The notes under the pieces were generated by a model. The model was given only the letters and a program-made list of their open reading frames with translations, ran no database searches and was not told where the DNA came from. Both the position numbers and the translations under genes were made by a program. Positions 23,848 to 36,214 of a DNA stretch of 42,450 bases are shown here, one piece after another. Numbering within the stretch: position 1 is the first letter of the stretch; every line of letters starts with the position of its first letter. This stretch comes from Octopus bimaculoides (Eukaryota): contig NC_068988.1 of the NCBI RefSeq assembly GCF_001194135.2, positions 23,752,708 through 23,795,157 of the forward strand, written 5' to 3'.

Positions 23848-25266
23848 CAGTTTGTATGTAAATGTATACACTAAAATAAGTGTTTTAATCCGTTAATCTG
23901 ATAATACATGAATGCATATATATATATACGCCCGTATATGCATATAACGACGTTTACGAACAACACGAGACACACACGGAGTTCTATATACATAGACATA
24001 TCACTTTACATCTAAACCTTTGTTAACAAGCAATCCATATACGTGCCTGCATTTCATTAATCAGCTCACGCATGTTCAGAAGCAACGGAACACTCCCCTC
24101 ACACACACAGATACAACAAAACTACAATAACCACGTCAACATATGCATGCTTATTTATATCTTACATGTGTATGCGTGTTTATATACACATATGCGGGTA
24201 TGTATGTATATCTGAATGTTTATTTAGTAGAACTTAATTTTAAGTTCAGATAAGCTGTAGCCTCAATTCAAAATGATAAATAGCAAATAGAAATGGGAAT
24301 ATAATTCTCAAAGAACGGTTAAAATATTCACTGGAGCGAACGATCAATTGTTTTAAATGTCTTTAGATAAATAAACAAGTAAAACAGCGATTCTAAACCA
24401 ATATATTATTTCCTTTTTCTTTTGTAATTCCAACTTAGATATCCGACTTCTCAAACTTCTGAAACATTGCACATACTATTTAAAAAATACACTACTCTGA
24501 CAGTTATAGCTGAACTCTTTATCTCTTATTTGTTTTTTAGTTTACTTTTCTTTTTTTTTAACGATCATTTTATTACTTTGATGTTGTTTTTACCATTGGT
24601 GTTATTTTATTTTTTATGTTGTTAGATTTATTTTCCAGGATTTCTTCTATACATATGTATATGTAATCGTATACATCTACATAACTACGTGTGTGTACGT
24701 CTGGGGTGGGGCAGTATGAGTGTATACTTGAATGTATATACACATGTGTGTATATCTATGTATATTTGTGTGTGTGTGTATATGTATGTATATATGTGGC
24801 TTAGTTTTACGTATGCAACATAGTGAGTTGAACACGGAATTACGTTAGATTATCCTTGCAATTAGAAGATAAAATCTCTACCCGGGGTGTATAACATCTA
24901 AAATCTGCTAGCAAGGGAGTAACTATAAGAATATCAGATAATCAAAATTTCTTGAAAACATGAATTTAGGAGTTTATCTTGCCTATTAAGCCAACTGGTA
25001 ATAAAGAGCAACAGATATATTTCTTTCCTGTTAAATTTCATGATGGAAGTAACTGCTGTGAGTCTTCTCTGAGATGCTGAACAGTGTCGACTTTTCAGGA
25101 CAATAATGAAGCATATAATTATTATACGACTCTGACGATTTGACAGAAAATGTGGATGATGTAATTTGCATTATGTAACTAATAATCACTTTATGTTAAT
25201 GAAATGTACATAACATGATGTAACTAAAAATGTTATATACAACTTAATAGACAACTTATAGACACA

Positions 25267-25673
25267 TTAATCCCATCTGATCTCCCTTATGATTTGAAAC
25301 GGCTCCCGTTCCCAGTGAAACTAAGTTTTGATATGTTCATAAATAAATCTCAAGCACAATCTCTCAACGTTGTTGGACTTAACCTGACTTCTCCTTGCTT
25401 CTGTCGTGGACAATTATATGTAGGATGCTCGCGAGCTGGAAGTCCCAAAACTCTTTTCTTTTGTACGCCAATTGAAGGACACACTGAAAATATTATGTAT
25501 TTAGAAGTTCTACAAAATTAAACTGTGATTGATTTCAGGGTCTGTTTTAATAACTTTGTTTTTACTCACGTCATCTGATAGCATTTTTCTGAAAACATTT
25601 TTAATCAGAATAAATGTATATATTTCCTTTAACATTCTTTAAACTTCCGTGCAACACCGGGTATTTAGGCTAG
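25267..25673 (+). mobile_element. Helitron 3' end: PIF1-type helicase C-terminus, subterminal hairpin and CTAG
   Basis: LIPSDLPYDLKRLPFPVKLSFDMFINKSQAQSLNVVGLNLTSPCFCRGQLYVGCSRAGSPKTL...TENIMYLEVLQN* (25267-25521; decayed TINKSQGQ and HGQLYVACSR motifs). Then ccgtgcaacaccggg (25647-25661) and CTAG (25670-25673) followed by T. Confidence 0.92.
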
Positions 25674-27569
25674 TATAATATAATATAATATGATATCATA
25701 TAATATGACATGATATATGTATTTTCACTTTGTCTGTACGTTTGTATATGTGTGTGTGTGTGTCTGTGTGTGTGCGTGTGTGTGCGTGTGTGTGTGTATG
25801 TGCGTGTATGTGTGTGTTTGTGAGTGTATTTGCATGTACATATACATGTATACTCACACAGGTATTTGTATACGATTATGTGTGTGTGTGTTTTATACTC
25901 CTTCATGTGCATATATATTAGTGGCTTAGTTGAGTGTGTGTCGTCTGGGGCAACCCTGAAGTTTACCGCTCTTCTCCCTGCTTCCAAGTCTATACAGGCT
26001 TATACAATAGACCCCAAAGTGGCGCAATGAGGAAATTGAATCACAAAACACTTCTCAACAAACATGCGCCATCACATTCACTGAGAATCGCTGATAACCG
26101 GACAGATGTCTGTTGCATTAAAGCTACCAAAGAAAATAAACATCTTTTACCTTTCAAATATAATTCTGGTCAAAACCATCAGAAAAAATATCTAAGTCAA
26201 GAAATTCGCAATTTAATTAACCACCATCCATGGTATTTCTCCCAAAGGAAGAACTTGTGCCCGCACCAAGCCAAACTACAAAAATGCTCAAATAATAAAA
26301 CGAAGTAGACAAAGTTCTCACTTGGTAACAGAAAAGAAACAAAATAACGTCCATATTGAAGAATTTCATAAACATGATATAAGAAATGATTCTACACGCA
26401 TCATAAGACAGTCCTTGTGTGAAAAATTCAGAATTGGTAATAGGATTTCTGATCACTTATAGGCCCCGAAATTAAAAATAAAAGAATAAAATATCATTAA
26501 ATGCATCAATTTGTTCTAATGATTGTTGTTGTTGTTGCCTCGCTCCTGGTCAGTTCTTCTCGAACATACATAAGCATTCCAGTCTTGCTTACCCTGTTTT
26601 TGAAGACTTTATAAGACAACACTGTCCATTGTAACCTGCCTTAAATTTTAAAGACGTTTTGCTTTAAGGTAGATTGTATTGCTATTTCTAGCAAGTAGTT
26701 CAATCAAATAGTGGGCCCCTCCTCCATGGTCGAAAGCAAAGGACCTAAATTTACTCTCAAATGTTATCTTTTCGTGCGAATCAAGATCTTTGATCTTATT
26801 CGATTCCCCGACAGTTCTCTTAGATGTCTGTCCGAAACCATAAACTAAAAACTACTGTGAAGATTGACTTCAACTGACAAAATGTAAGTCAAGCTGTTTG
26901 AAGTTGGCAGCAGAATTGTGTGCGGTGGATGTTTCACTTGTCAAGGTGTTTGATCTCTCATTTTGCTGCAATGAATGTTAGTATCAATACAAGATTTGAA
27001 ATTATAAAGCAAAAAGTTAAAAAATAACAAGAAAAGAAAAAAGAAAAAAATTACGCAATCGTTTTCTTTCCTTTTTAATATAAGCTTACACCATTCAGTC
27101 TGGCAATGTACCAACATGATAATGTTTCTCCTTATTCTGTGAAATGAGTCGAAATCTCTGCCTAATATAATATTGTAATCAATAGTTAAGGCGATCGATA
27201 GCAAGAAGATTCGTTGGTGCGTTCAATAAACTCTTTGCAGTAATTTCTCCGGCTAGCTTTGTGCGGGGGTTCGAATCCATCAGAAATTGTTATCTCATGT
27301 ATATCCTACCGATGTCGATACGTAAAATACAAATTTTTACTTTTCGTTATCCTGTCGGAAGCTTATTGGGTACCACAAACAGTGTCCCTTCCACCAAGAA
27401 GTACAAAAAGTTGGTGCCAGTGGCTAGCAACTTGTTTTAATGCATGCTACAAAAGACGTTCAAACAATCGCGAGATCATGGCCAAAGTAGACAGATCGAT
27501 GTCTAGTACAGATTAAAAAGACATCGGATTCTACTGTACCGTAGGAATAAAATAAGGGGCTAACAAATT

Positions 27570-27870
27570 CAAAAAATGTCTATTGATAGAAAGCTTAAAA
27601 GATGGAATTTCATAGACCAGAAGAAAACAAGATGGTGGTATTGACTCCTAGAGAGAAGCAGTTCAAAGAAAGACGCTATTAGAATAAAAGTATTTATGAC
27701 TAAGTGGGGGAACATCAGAGAAACTATGCGCCTTAGAAGAGAATCGGATGACACGTTTAAATGAAATGAACTGAAGAAGTGGGGGCATTAGACTACAAAG
27801 ATCATCAAAGCAGTAGCCACGGAAATTCTTGATGAAAAGACAGCGAATATACATTCTGATGATGAGGTAA
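27570..27870 (+). mobile_element. possible highly decayed RTE-like LINE 3' end
   Basis: IDRKLKRWNFID...ELKKWGH*TTKIIKAVATE only loosely resembles RTE ORF C-termini. Confidence 0.25.
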
Positions 27871-27919
27871 AGCCACCAAATCTAGTAGAAACCTAAGCGA
27901 TCCACGGAAAGAAGAATCG

Positions 27920-28070
27920 ATTCTAATACTAAAGAGGTACATTATTTATCGATTCATAAATGATGACTGGTGAAGTTAATGTTGGCTGGGTTTGAACTCA
28001 GCAAGCAGGAAACCGAAATTAAACAAAAACCAGGAAGAATCTTATTGGACGATTCTGCTAAGTTTGTTGT
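27920..28070 (-). mobile_element. very degenerate SINE family A
   Basis: aggtacattatttatcgattc...gggtttgaactcag...gacgattctgc. Confidence 0.5.
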
Positions 28071-29949
28071 CATAGGTGATAGCGTGGTACAAGGATTAAC
28101 ACTGAAATAACCTTGTAAAACATCGTTTATCGGAAACCTTACGTATCAATGCGTTTCAAAACCAACTGTACTAATATGTTTCAAGTAATAATAATAATTA
28201 ATTAGGAAAAGAGGTGGGTGAACTGAAATAAATGTTAGTGAAATTGTGTATTTATGAGAAAAGAAAGAATCGTGCCTTTGACAGGTTTTATTTGTGACGA
28301 CGTTTTATTTTCTGAGAGGGCGTAAACGAAGAAAAGTCACATCTTTTGATAAAAGTAACCACAAGTACATTCTATCGTTCTGTCTACATTTACTCAATGA
28401 CCGGCGACACAATAACGCAAGTGATTATGGAAGAATTAACTAGAAAGAAACAATGTCTGTGTGTGTGTGTGTATATATATGTGTGTGCGTGTGTGTGTGT
28501 CTATACATATGTCTGAATATGAGTGCATATGTGTGTATGTATATATATATGTTTATATATGCATGTATGTGTGTGTGTGTGTGTACATATATATGAATAT
28601 AATATATCATATATATATATATATATAGATGGATGGATAGATACGTATAGATATGTATATATATATATATATATATATATNNNNNNNNNNNNNNNNNNNN
28701 NNNNNNNNNNNNNNNNNNNNNNNNNNNNNNNNNNNNNNNNNNNNNNNNNNNNNNNNNNNNNNNNNNNNNNNNNNNNNNNNNNNNNNNNNNNNNNNNNNNN
28801 NNNNNNNNNNNNNNNNNNNNNNNNNNNNNNNNNNNNNNNNNNNNNNNNNNNNNNNNNNNNNNNNNNNNNNNNNNNNNNNNNNNNNNNNNNNNNNNNNNNN
28901 NNNNNNNNNNNNNNNNNNNNNNNNNNNNNNNNNNNNNNNNNNNNNNNNNNNNNNNNNNNNNNNNNNNNNNNNNNNNNNNNNNNNNNNNNNNNNNNNNNNN
29001 NNNNNNNNNNNNNNNNNNNNNNNNNNNNNNNNNNNNNNNNNNNNNNNNNNNNNNNNNNNNNNNNNNNNNNNNNNNNNNNNNNNNNNNNNNNNNNNNNNNN
29101 NNNNNNNNNNNNNNNNNNNNNNNNNNNNNNNNNNNNNNNNNNNNNNNNNNNNNNNNNNTATATGATACATGTTTTCATAAATTCGACATATTGTTTTAAT
29201 GTATGAGACACAAGACAAATAAGGACAAATAAACGAACAGTGAAAGATATAAATAAGGAAACTTATAAGAGATATGATTATAGTTGATTATTGTTTTTAC
29301 TGTGTTAGGCTCATGTATTGTTGATCCAACCATCACAGGAGACGATGCCGACGAAAGAATGACATGTGATTATATTTAAAGCCAGTGTTATTCAGTAATG
29401 TTTCGTTCGCGACACACCCTCTACGTATACACATCATTTGAAGTCCAAGTATTTTTTCATTAATTATTCTTAGTGTATTTACCAAAACATTTACGTGTAT
29501 GTTATTGTTTCTATGATTGTCATTCACATCGTACTTGTTACTAAGTGGTACATTTCTTCTGAAAAATTGTTGCTATTTCTGAGTGTTTTCATATACGTAA
29601 GTATTTAAAGGAAATAGTCTTGTTGAAACATACCGTATATCTGAGAGGATTTCTGCAGATATGTTTAGAAACTCTGAAATTTTGTGCACAAGTTGGTACG
29701 ACACTTCGTTCTTTTCGTATTTACACTATTTATTCCTCTGGGATTATTTTTTCTCTGAATTCACACAAATCATGTCAATTTGGTGATAGATTTTATTGTC
29801 ACAAACATTCTCTCTTGATCCTTGTTTCATTGTTCCAGTTATATATATATATTTCCAACCCCCACCATACCACCATACGGTAAATTAACCGTTATACAAT
29901 TTAGTTAGGGAGTCACTCGAAAAGCAGACATCTGATTGAATCCTTTTTG

Positions 29950-30604
29950 AGGAGAACAAAATGCTTAGCAGTTTTTCTTCTAGCTCTTCACATTCTGAGT
30001 TCAGATTACCANNNNNNNNNNNNNNNNNNNNNNNNNNNNNNNNNNNNNNNNNNNNNNNNNNNNNNNNNNNNNNNNNNNNNNNNNNNNNNNNNNNNNNNNN
30101 NNNNNNNNNNNNNNNNNNNNNNNNNNNNNNNNNNNNNNNNNNNNNNNNNNNNNNNNNNNNNNNNNNNNNNNNNNNNNNNNNNNNNNNNNNNNNNNNNNNN
30201 NNNNNNNNNNNNNNNNNNNNNNNNNNNNNNNNNNNNNNNNNNNNNNNNNNNNNNNNNNNNNNNNNNNNNNNNNNNNNNNNNNNNNNNNNNNNNNNNNNNN
30301 NNNNNNNNNNNNNNNNNNNNNNNNNNNNNNNNNNNNNNNNNNNNNNNNNNNNNNNNNNNNNNNNNNNNNNNNNNNNNNNNNNNNNNNNNNNNNNNNNNNN
30401 NNNNNNNNNNNNNNNNNNNNNNNNNNNNNNNNNNNNNNNNNNNNNNNNNNNNNNNTACGCTGAATATCCCCGAGAAATACGTTAAGAGTACACGTGTCTG
30501 TGGAGTGCTCAGCCACTTGCACGTTAATTTCACGAGCAGGCTGTTCCGTTGATCGGATCAACTAGAACCCTCGAGGTCGTAAGCGACGGAGTGCCAACAA
30601 CAAC
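29950..30604 (+). mobile_element. SINE with a family-A-like head and a distinct tail, spanning a gap
   Basis: aaaatgcttagcagtttttcttc...cattctgagttcagattacc before the gap. After the gap is a GC-richer tail ending gacggagtgccaacaacaac. Continuity across the gap is inferred. Confidence 0.55.
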
Positions 30605-31708
30605 GGTAAACCTACAGTTCGCTGAGTATAAAAAAAACCCCCCAAAAACTCATCAAACATTTTTAGGTGTTGTCATCAGTAAGGGACGCGCACACCAAAT
30701 TTGTTCTTTGTCTTAAATGGTAATCTCGAGAGAATTTTGTATTTACAAATAATGACTGACATTTCTGTAGTTGCTTCCTCGGTACATTTCTCATTTGAAA
30801 GTTTGTTCCAATTTCCTATCAATACGTGATTTTTGTCACCCAATTACGAGGTTTGATGCTTGATTTAGCTCGCGTTAATGCTGAGTGAAACAGGTAATTA
30901 GATGAGCGTGAGAGCATTAGATTCCAGTATATTTAATTAACACGCTTTTACTACGTTAAGCTACGTATCGTTTGTTATTTGTTTATCCGTAGAACTGAGA
31001 AAATTTAGTTTTACGGTAGTTTATCTTGAGTTGAACGAAGAATATTTCTTTGTTGACTCTGTACCGAACATTGGAAATTCAATGTGATTGTCTCTTTATT
31101 CGCTGTTTTGTTGTATGAGATGATAGAGGGGAACTGGTTAAGTAACATATAACATCAATATAATATATTCTGCATATCGTTGTTGTATTGGATGCTATAT
31201 AGCAACAAATAAGATCAACGGGGAACATTATCTACCTTATTATCCCGGTTGGCAGTTTCTTTACTTCGCATATCTAATGGTAGCGGAAGGTAAAATGTAA
31301 GCAAGAAAGCATGCATTTTTTTTTCTCTCAACCGCTTTAGAAACGAAAGAGTCAAGTCAAAGAAGAAGCTGAGCCAACAAATGTGCTTCTAAGTGATGGC
31401 TTACTCTGTTACAACCAACAGTCAAATTCTATTAAATAGCAGCAACCTTATGTCTTAAAACTAAAGGACATATTGAAAACTGTCGCCCTAGATATACAAC
31501 ACAAGTAATCGTGAAATGCTTTTATTCTCAGGACTACTTGATCAGAGTTATGTCGCACTCATCAATACCAACAATAGGGTTTTAAGCTAAATGACAGAAG
31601 TAAAAGAAAAACATTTATCTGTCCCACTTGGAGCGTTGATAGATATGGAGAAAATATAGAAATTTATTATTTGTAAATCTTTCAACGAGAGATATTCAGC
31701 AACTGTAG

Positions 31709-31975
31709 TCAAGAGTAAAGATTATTTGCCAACATAACTTAGTAGTCCTGGTTTAGGACGAATATTGCTGATGAAGGGAAATAACCCAGGAATCGCAATA
31801 CACAGATATTGTTTTGAGCTGAGTTGGGGTGTTAAATGCTCTTGTTCGAAAATATAAGGACACAGATCGTGTCGTATAGCCAGCTGGAGACGATGTCTCC
31901 TGGGGCTAAATTACAGCAACATTCGTCCTAAACCAGGACTACCATGTTACGTTGGCAAATAATCTTTACTCGTGA
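31709..31975. mobile_element. MITE-like fold-back with ~62-bp TIRs
   Basis: gagtaaagattatttgccaacataacttagtagtcctggtttaggacgaatattgctg (31713-31770) versus the reverse complement of 31914-31971, about 4 mismatches. No TSD identified. Confidence 0.75.
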
Positions 31976-32048
31976 GAAAATATGTTTCGAATGTTAGTGA
32001 ACCACTTTATATTTTCCGCTTGAACAGAGTATCTTTCACAGAAGTAAT

Positions 32049-32487
32049 CCTTTCTAGTATAGACACAAGGACTGAAATTTGGGAAAAGGGATTTGTCGAT
32101 TACAGCGATCCTGGTGTTCAACAGGTACGTATTTAATTAATCCTGATAGGATGAAGGGCGGAGTCGAACGCAGCGGAATTTGATCTCACAACGTAAAGAC
32201 AGAGGAAATGCATCTAAGCATTTTGCCCGGCGTGCTAACGATTCTGACATCTCCTCGCCTTCCTCCAGAGAAATAATGGAGTCAAATTTTGGTACAAGGC
32301 GAGCAAGTACAGGAGTAAGTTGATAACATCAACCCCAGTCCTCAGCTGGTACTTATTTTATTGAATCCCTAAAAAAATTGAAGGCAAAGTCGACTCTGAG
32401 GAATTTGAACTCAGAACGTAAAGGCGTACAAAATGCCGCTAAGTTTTTTGTCCGCTGTTTCTAACGATTTTGCCAGCTCAGCGCCCT
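32049..32487 (-). mobile_element. two tandem SINE family A copies
   Basis: Copies at about 32049-32261 and 32278-32487, each with core, B box and a ctaacgatt(c/t)tg head. Confidence 0.85.
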
Positions 32488-33044
32488 CCTCTGAAGAAAT
32501 AATAAACACCGTTATTAGAATTATGTTAGAGTTGTGCGTGAAATACCTTGATACACGAGGAGAGCATTAAAGCGATCGTCCAAATTATTCTAGAAACAGC
32601 CACTAAATTCATCTCGAAACACTCGTTAGCGCTTCAAGAAAAGAAGGTCACGTGGCTTAATGTAGTCTTGGACACAGAGTCTGAAAATAAAATGTGAATG
32701 ACTCGGCGGAAATATTTTGATCATTTCTCTGCTAGATTCTAATCTAACCCCAGGCTAGAAAACAAAAACAAATATTTTTAGATTTACGTTAGTTTACTAG
32801 GATTGCAATACATTGAAATGCTGTGATGAATACATTGGACAATAATGGTTCATTGTTGTGCTTTGGCTTCTAGAGTTTTTCACTTATTGTGTCAGGAAAT
32901 CATTTTACTTTAGCTACTTACAATAGTGAATTCTTCAGAGAAAGTCGGTTGCTGTGGTTACTGTCAAAATGGTTGTTTCATGAGAAGAATAAGAATGACA
33001 CAATTTCTTTTGATGTTCGCGATTCTACGGGCAATTGCTATTGT

Positions 33045-33117
33045 CTTCTTCTTCTTCTTCTTCTTCTTCTTCTTCTTCTTCTTCTTCTTCTTCTTCTTCT
33101 TCTTCTTCTTCTTCTTC
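33045..33117. repeat. (CTT)n microsatellite
   Basis: Direct reading. Confidence 0.97.
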
Positions 33118-33464
33118 CTTCAAAGTTCACCTCGTCTGTCATAATCGTTCCTTAGTATTCTTTCTTATATTCTTTTCATTTGTTTATCTTCAATTTTCAT
33201 TTTCTTCTTCTTAGTTGTCTTCTCTTCACCCTCTTCCTACTACTTCCCCACCACCACTTCCGTTTTTTCCTCTTCATATAAATGCTGCTAACAAATTCGA
33301 AGCCATCAGCACACTGGTCGTACCAGTTGTAATTTCATTTACTGGACAATGAACAATCTGATCAAACACGACGCCAAAACATGGAAAATACTAACAATGG
33401 AGAAAACGTATAATCTAAAAGCAGATATTGGTAGACTGTAACTTCCGGAAAAATATGGTGGCCG

Positions 33465-34013
33465 GGGCACGGATTTTTTTTCCCCACGCGAGTTCCAGAC
33501 CCCAGTAATGAACTCATTTGTATACAGCCAATCCGAGCTCACCTTGACCTTGTTGTCAAGTTAACAAACTCTCTACCAAGTAAACTCAAGACGAAGAACG
33601 GTGTTGTAAGTTAACCGATCACCAAGCTTTGCCTGATTTTAGGAGACAAGTAATTAAATAGATCTGTATGTATACCTATTATCGGATTTTGTTAGGGCCC
33701 TATACGGTAAAGATCTGGATTGGAAAAATGTGGGTAGAGGGTGATGTGCTAGTACCCTCTCCCCTTACTGCTGAACAAAGTTAACAGAACACAAATAACT
33801 ACGCAGAGGCAGTCATGGTTGAAACAAGGAGAAGAATAAGAAGCATTATTAAAAGAGAAACAAGAACAAGAATAACAAACATTATCAAACGTGGAAAGAA
33901 GCATGGTTATTCCTTATCCAAGTGACTTCATCTTATCACCCATCACTTGGATGTATGCAATGAGTTCTTAACGGGGTTCCAGAACTCTCGTCGGAAAAAA
34001 AAAATTCGAGGCC
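33465..34013 (+). mobile_element. non-autonomous MULE derivative, same family as 8108-8503, opposite orientation
   Basis: Inverted ends gggcacggatttttttccccacgcgagttccagaccccagtaatgaactcatttg and caatgagttcttaacggggttccagaactctcgtcggaaaaaaaaaattcgaggcc. Internal NTNNYAEA (33788-33811) matches NTNSYAEA at 36860-36883. Confidence 0.7.
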
Positions 34014-34189
34014 GAGGTGTTGTTCAGCCAGAACTAAGATAAAATAAACAAACCCACAACTATAGGCTGGACAAATATTTTGAGAGAACAGAATAATCTC
34101 TCCTGCAAATAGTGAAAGATCACGAAGGAGGGGAGAAACGTCTACTCCATAACAAAGGAAGCTAAAATGCACAACGAAGAACTGGAGAT

Positions 34190-34594
34190 TCCTGAATTAC
34201 CAAGACCTCAGTGTTCAAATGGTATTTACTTTATCGACCTCGAAGGAATAAATGCAAAGTCGGTCTCGGCGGAATTTGAACTCAGGTCATAAAGACAGGC
34301 GAAATGCCGGTTAGGATTTTTTTTCCCGGTGTCCTAACGATTTTCTGCCAGCTCACCGTCTACGCAGTAATAATTTCTAATTTTAGCACAGGGCCAGCAA
34401 TTTAGGGCTAGTGCTAAAGTTTAATAAATCAACCCCCGTGTTTAACTTGTACTTAATTTATCAACCTCGAAAAGATGAAAGGCAAAGTCGGACCCTGCGG
34501 TGGAATTTGACCTCAGAACATTAAATTCGGAGGAAATGCCGCTAAGCATTTTTTATACCCAGCGTACTAACGATTCCTGCTAGCTCGTTGCCTT
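34190..34594 (-). mobile_element. two tandem SINE family A copies
   Basis: Copies at about 34190-34361 and 34368-34594. Confidence 0.82.
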
Positions 34595-34939
34595 GGTAAT
34601 AATAATAACAACAACGAAAACAATCCTTGAAGTATTAAGAAAAAAACACACACAAAAAAAACATTAGAACCTGGAAACGCAACAGTAGCAAGAATAAGAG
34701 AAAAACAATAATTACATAAAAAAAACAAGAACAACAACAACAATAAAAGTAACACCCTCCCAAAACGATGACAACAACAGCAACATCACACGTAAGTACC
34801 TCTAATCTAACAGTCTGATGTCGCTAAGGGGACGTGGTACGGTCGCTTGGCTGAAAGGAAGATAGGATCCGGTGATGTCTCAAGTTGTTTTCGTCTCGTG
34901 CGATAATCGAAATACGCGACATAAAAATTATATATATAC

Positions 34940-34985
<46 letters not shown>

Positions 34986-35370
34986 GTATGTATACACACA
35001 CACATATATATATTTATTCATAAGTATACACACACATATATATATATTTATTCATATGTATATACAAACATATATATACATATATATTTATTCATATGTA
35101 TACATAAACATATATAAACACATATACAAATATATATATATATATAAACATATACATACATGTATATATGTATATATATGTATATATATGTATGTATTCG
35201 TTACGGTGAAATGTATTTTTTGATAATGGTATTGTTGCCGTTGTTTAGCTTGAGAGAGAACTTATTCTTTGTTTTAAAATTTATGATCGATTTCCCGTTA
35301 TTTCTAGCAGGTTTGTCCTTCCCTTAATCATTATATAGAGTGTGAATGAGTGAATTTTACTGTTACAAGT

Positions 35371-35371
<1 letters not shown>

Positions 35372-35403
<32 letters not shown>

Positions 35404-35590
35404 CAATGGCGATAATGACGATGGTTATGATGGTGATGATGATGAACACGATTTTCATCATTGACACCACCACGAACGTCATCATCACTACCACCGCTAC
35501 CATCACCCCTTAATCATCACCATCATTATCATCATTATCATCATCATTATCATCATCATCATCATGATCATCATGAACCTCATCGTCGTC
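35372..35590. repeat. (GAT)n followed by (CAT)n microsatellites
   Basis: Direct reading. Confidence 0.9.
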
Positions 35591-36214
35591 ACCGTAAAGT
35601 TCATTGTAATTACCATTTCGTTTTTATTCGGCACTGGATCATTAAAAGACAAAAAATCACATGAGGAATTATTCGAAACTGTAGTGACAAAATCAAATAC
35701 ATTTTATACACCACTCCACCGTCACTGAATAAAATTACGTTTTTTGTCACTTAAGTTTTTTTTTTCTCAGTGAAACCGTTATTATCGTCTTTCCTTCCTT
35801 CCTTCATTCCTTTATTCTTTCCTTCCTTCCTTCCTTTATTCCTTCATTCACTCATTCATTCATTCAGTCAGTCACTTATTCTGCAATTCATTCTCTACTT
35901 TATTCATTTAAGCATCCTTTCTTTCTATGTTCTCATATCTCTTTCTTTCTACGTTCATTTCCACCATCCTTGATATCGTAAGAGGAATTATTCTAATTGG
36001 ATTACGTTCCAGCCTGAGTGGGGAGACAACAACAACAACAACAACAAAAACAAAAACAATAGCTCAATAAGTAAATTAATAACAATAATGCAATAGAGAT
36101 GAATTAAATTATAATGATGATGTTTATTGGCACAAGACCATACAGTTGAAAGAGAACAGAATCAAAATGAAACCATAGTTGCGGAATGGCCGAGTCTTTG
36201 TCTTGCGTTTATTT

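Noticed and set aside
27856-27890. CTGATGA...GAAAC (similar cores at 12999, 21638 and 25128)
   Set aside because: No pairing helix II, or no correctly placed GAAA/NUH with helix I.
30770-30900. Plus-strand acceptor/donor pair (ttctgtag ... cag|gtaatt)
   Set aside because: Stops in all three frames; no other support.
31768-31800. CTGATGA-aggg-aaataa-ccca-ggaatc as a hammerhead
   Set aside because: GGAAT instead of GAAA, no helix I/III partner, and CTG belongs to the MITE arm.
34795-34870. GC-rich segment with a strong minus-strand acceptor (cttcctttcag) and a downstream donor
   Set aside because: All three frames of the 51-nt candidate exon contain stops; it cannot be supported as coding.
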